From an uncultured Candidatus Saccharibacteria bacterium (GTDB lineage: Bacteria > Patescibacteriota > Minisyncoccia > Phycocordibacterales > UBA12088): a DNA stretch of 48,397 nt. Where the stretch lies: assembly GCA_964531785.1 (NCBI GenBank), contig CAZHFF010000005.1, positions 1 to 48,397 of the forward strand, read 5' to 3'. Both the position numbers and the translations under genes were made by a program. The notes beneath the pieces are model-generated. The model saw only the letters and a program-made list of their open reading frames with translations. It ran no database searches and was not told the DNA's origin. Below are positions 45,766 to 48,397 of this stretch, in pieces. Each line of letters opens with the position of its first letter. Positions within the stretch are counted from its first letter, which is position 1.

Positions 45766-45841
45766 CGGTGCACGTCTCCCGGACTCGAACCGTACCGGTA
45801 GAGTACCCGTTGCAGGTCTTTTGCTGCGCGCTTGCGCGTGC
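45766..45841 (-). pseudogene. tRNA-like remnant (T-loop and acceptor 3' end similar to tRNA-Val) downstream of tRNA-Val
   Basis: TACGGTTCGAGTCCGGGAGACGTGCACCGCAAG compares with the tRNA-Val 3' end GGAGGTTCGAATCCTCCAGAGTGCACCGCGAG. No valid cloverleaf can be drawn. Confidence 0.45.
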
Positions 45842-45925
45842 AAAACACCTTGCACCAGCTTCGAATCCGCGCAACGCCTTTCTTCGAAAGGTTGCGCCCA
45901 GAATGCCTCGCTCGCCGGCTCGCGG

Positions 45926-45999
45926 TGCACTCTGGAGGATTCGAACCTCCGACCTCACCGATGTGAACGGTGCGCTCTAACCAGCTGAGCTAAGAGTGC
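45926..45999 (-). tRNA. tRNA-Val (anticodon CAC), 74 nt, CCA not encoded
   Basis: GCACTCT TA GCTC AGCTGGTTA GAGC G CACCG TTCACAT CGGTG AGGTC GGAGG TTCGAAT CCTCC AGAGTGC A. Confidence 0.92.
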
Positions 46000-46031
46000 A
46001 AGTGCAGCAAGCGCTGCGTACCCGGCATCGT

Positions 46032-46037
46032 ACTATA
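46032..46037 (-). promoter_or_regulatory. -10 hexamer TATAGT upstream of tRNA-Val
   Basis: The minus strand reads CTGTTTTATAGTACGATGCC, about 30 nt upstream of the tRNA 5' end. Confidence 0.3.
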
Positions 46038-46069
46038 AAACAGTCTGCCGATAAAGGTCCCGGTCAGTA

Positions 46070-47395
46070 CTAGCGAGTAGGCAGTGTTACCGTAAAGGTG
46101 GTGCCCTCTCCGAGCTTGGTCGTGAACCCGATCGACCCGCCCATTTCTTCGACCAGGGCTTTGCTCATGTAGAGCCCGAGCCCGGTCCCGCTTGCCTCGA
46201 GCTGCTGTGCGTTCGAGGCGCGGTACAGCTTGGAGAAGATCTTGCCCTGCTCTTCTGGCGGAATGCCGACACCCGTATCCTTGACCATGAGGTGCACCTG
46301 GTCCCCCTCGATACCGGCCGTGACCGTGACCCGACCACCCTCTCCCGTATAGCGTATCGCGTTGGTGACAAGGTTCTGGAACACGATCCGAACGAGCTTC
46401 GGATCGGTCACGAGCGGCAGACTTTCGGGAACCTCACGGTCGAGCGTGAGGTTCTTTGCTGCTCGTGCCGGGTCGAGCTCCTCAAGGATGCTCCCAATGA
46501 GGTGCGACAGGTCTGCCTGCTGCTTCTCGACCCGGACATGACCCATTTCGACGCGCGACATGTTAAGCAGCGTATTCACCAGATCTATCATGTCCTCGTT
46601 CCGTGCGTTCATCTGGAACAGGTACTTCTTGATCTCGTCGGTAAGTTGTTCGCTCCGACGGTGCAGGAGGAAGTCGATGTACCATTTCAGGTTCGCAAGC
46701 GGTGCGCGCAGTTGATGGCTCGCGAGCGAAAGGAACTCCGTCTTGATACGCTCAAGCTCCTTCTGCTCGTGTATGTCCACGAACGTTACGAGTCCCATGT
46801 TCGCGCGGCTTCCTGGCGTGCTGATGTTCTGGATCGAGAGCATGATCCAACGGACCTCCCCGCTCTTCTTGCGTGCCTGTACCTCAACTTGGTCGACCGG
46901 GATCCTGCGTCCGACCTGTTCCCTAATAAACGGCAGCCGGTCCTCCTTGGGCGGTGCGGTGAGGAAAGCGAACAGGTTCTCTCCCGTGAGCACATCCTCA
47001 GGTAGTCCGAAAAAGCGCACCGTCGCCTTGTTCGGCCGGTCGATCATGCCTTGGGGTGTGATGAGGAGATAGGGTACCGGACTAAGGTCGTAGAAGCGCC
47101 GGAACTGTTCGCGAGACCACGCGATGTCGCTGGTCATGGTTTCGGCAAGGTGACTTGCGGCCACTCGCACCGAGAGCAAGGTATACAAAAGAAGTGCACC
47201 GAGGACAGCTGCCGTCACGCCGAGGATAAGCAGCAGTTCGAGCAGCGAGGTGCTGATGCTGAGCGCGCGTTCAGGCTCGGACGTCACGAGCGAGTACTGC
47301 TTGTCGAAATAAGTCCATGCAAAAAAGACTCCTGAGGAGAGGATGATGCCAGCAGACGCGGCTGCGAACAGTCGGACAATGAACGAGTACACCAT
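46070..47395 (-). CDS. sensor histidine kinase (2 TM, PAS, HisKA, HATPase_c)
   Basis: SLASHQLRAPLANLKWY, LVTNAIRYTG, KDTGVGIP and GTGLGLYM. Confidence 0.92.
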   Translation of the reverse strand: MVYSFIVRLFAAASAGIILSSGVFFAWTYFDKQYSLVTSEPERALSISTSLLELLLILGVTAAVLGALLLYTLLSVRVAASHLAETMTSDIAWSREQFRRFYDLSPVPYLLITPQGMIDRPNKATVRFFGLPEDVLTGENLFAFLTAPPKEDRLPFIREQVGRRIPVDQVEVQARKKSGEVRWIMLSIQNISTPGSRANMGLVTFVDIHEQKELERIKTEFLSLASHQLRAPLANLKWYIDFLLHRRSEQLTDEIKKYLFQMNARNEDMIDLVNTLLNMSRVEMGHVRVEKQQADLSHLIGSILEELDPARAAKNLTLDREVPESLPLVTDPKLVRIVFQNLVTNAIRYTGEGGRVTVTAGIEGDQVHLMVKDTGVGIPPEEQGKIFSKLYRASNAQQLEASGTGLGLYMSKALVEEMGGSIGFTTKLGEGTTFTVTLPTR

Positions 47396-47508
47396 GCCAC
47401 ATATAGTATAGCGTCATTGCGTCCTGTCCCGCCATGAGAGTTGTGCAGTGACCGTTTGTGATCCATGCACCTTTGCATACTTATCGCTGACCGATACACT
47501 GGTCACAT

Positions 47509-48054
47509 ATGGAAGGCCACGAGGAAGATGTCGTTCTGGTCGACGCCGAAGATAATGTGCTCGGGACCATGCCGAAAAACGAGGTGCACGGTAGCGTAAC
47601 CCCGCTCCATCGTGGCTTCTCAGCATTCCTATTCGACCAGGAGGGACGGCTGCTCATCCAACAGAGGAGCCACCATAAGAAGACGTGGCCCTTGATGTGG
47701 TCGAACAGTGTCTGCGGCCACCCCTTGCTTGGTGAGTGCGGCGAAGACGCCGTCGCACGCCGAGCACACTTCGAACTCGGGCTCGAGGTGTTCGATGTGC
47801 GTTTTGCGGCACCGTACCGGTACCAAGCAACCAAGGACGGTGTCATGGAACACGAGATCTGCCCGATCTATCTCGGCACCGTGCACGATACGCCCAGACC
47901 GAACCCGGACGAGGTGGAGGCTATCCGGTGGGTCGCGTGGGAGGTGTTCCTCGAAGCGATGCGAGTGGATCCCGAGAAGTACTCGATCTGGTGCCGCGAA
48001 GAAGCGGACATCATCGAGCGCGAACGACAATTGGGTACCCTGCGGATATTTTGA
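47509..48054 (+). CDS. idi: isopentenyl-diphosphate delta-isomerase, type 1 (Nudix fold)
   Basis: VVLVDAEDNVLGTMPKNEVH, LHRGFSAFLFD, WSNSVCGHP and EHEICPIY motifs. Confidence 0.92.
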   Translation: MEGHEEDVVLVDAEDNVLGTMPKNEVHGSVTPLHRGFSAFLFDQEGRLLIQQRSHHKKTWPLMWSNSVCGHPLLGECGEDAVARRAHFELGLEVFDVRFAAPYRYQATKDGVMEHEICPIYLGTVHDTPRPNPDEVEAIRWVAWEVFLEAMRVDPEKYSIWCREEADIIERERQLGTLRIF

Positions 48055-48121
48055 CCAAGTACAGGAGCTGTGCGACCGATGTAGTTCGCTCGATTCACAC
48101 GGCTAAGTAACCTCTAGCTTT

Positions 48122-48350
48122 CGAGTCCTCTACACAAGCTCCACTGGAGCTTGTGTACGTTCATAGAACGCAATAACCACCCTTTCGGGTGGTTGCGTTT
48201 GCTGTGGACCTGAGAGGACTCGGTCACGAGTTGCTTAGCAATTCCGATCGCTCTGCTCTGGCATTTGCTAAGCACTCTCGACCCCGCCTCGGCCTCGCGC
48301 TACGCGCGGCTTCGCGGCCTCCGGCTTTCGAGTCCACTCATGCCCGACCA
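48122..48350. other. densely structured non-coding region with two tRNA T-arm-like motifs (GCTTTCGAGTCC); candidate ncRNA or tRNA-derived debris
   Basis: 9-bp long-range pairing 48122-48130/48214-48222 encloses a 12-bp hairpin (48131-48157) and an 8-bp hairpin (48175-48194). A 10-bp perfect stem pairs 48232-48241 with 48265-48274. Strand and family are unknown. Confidence 0.4.
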
Positions 48351-48359
48351 ACATGCAAC

Positions 48360-48385
48360 AAACCCGAGGCTTGTGCTTCGGGTTT
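48360..48385 (-). terminator. terminator-like hairpin following a minus-strand RNA gene that ends at the window edge
   Basis: The minus strand reads CCACCA (48397-48392) AACTGCC AAACCCGAAG CACAAG CCTCGGGTTT GTTGCATG. Confidence 0.4.
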
Positions 48386-48397
48386 GGCAGTTGGTGG

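Overview
This is a 48.4-kb GC-rich bacterial window. Hand-counted 60-nt samples give about 60% G+C in the bulk and about 40% at the extreme left end. About 45 genes are packed tightly, mostly on the minus strand, and several junctions show 1-4 nt stop/start overlaps.

Left third (1.3-13.7 kb), housekeeping: DUF3467, an M23 peptidase, gltX, murG-ftsW-mraY, a class-A-like D,D-carboxypeptidase, scpB/scpA, rdgB, a CapA-like protein and pyk.

Middle (13.7-23.5 kb): a small glycan block (clan GH-A hydrolase, DMT transporter, GH1) runs into a complete F1Fo ATP synthase operon, atpBEFHAGDC.

Right half, accessory-looking:
- a 1429-aa secreted DUF4082/Ig protein
- an orphan LeuA-family synthase
- two intact tRNA-Pro genes with a decayed third copy between them, then purU and tRNA-Ala(CGC)
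- a DUF202/TspO pair
- a secreted polysaccharide deacetylase
- a SWIM+SNF2 helicase
- a roughly 290-nt non-coding stretch, stop-rich in all frames, that ends in an intrinsic terminator
- an orphan histidine kinase translationally coupled to an FN3/TSP3 surface protein
- pgeF and tRNA-Ala(GGC)
- an HK/RNHCP/RR/HK/RR block that lacks any DNA-binding regulator, with tRNA-Val inside it
- idi
- a strongly structured terminal region

Most notable observations:
1. Every tRNA locus is accompanied by a decayed tRNA-like copy. Two of these have perfectly conserved 5' parts (86 nt and 47 nt) joined to degraded 3' parts.
2. An unnamed six-cysteine domain, ending W-x-CGCRD-x-AC-x4-WQLQ, is shared by the giant protein and the deacetylase.
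3. There are two candidate structured RNAs that I cannot assign to any family.
4. An extended -10 motif, TGnTA(T/C)A(G/C)T, recurs and often sits only 6-9 nt from start codons, which suggests leaderless mRNAs.

The lineage guess (small-genome uncultivated group such as Patescibacteria/CPR) is inference only. I found no CRISPR array, intact transposase, integrase or recognisable defence operon.

All family calls rest on motifs read by eye; no searches were run.
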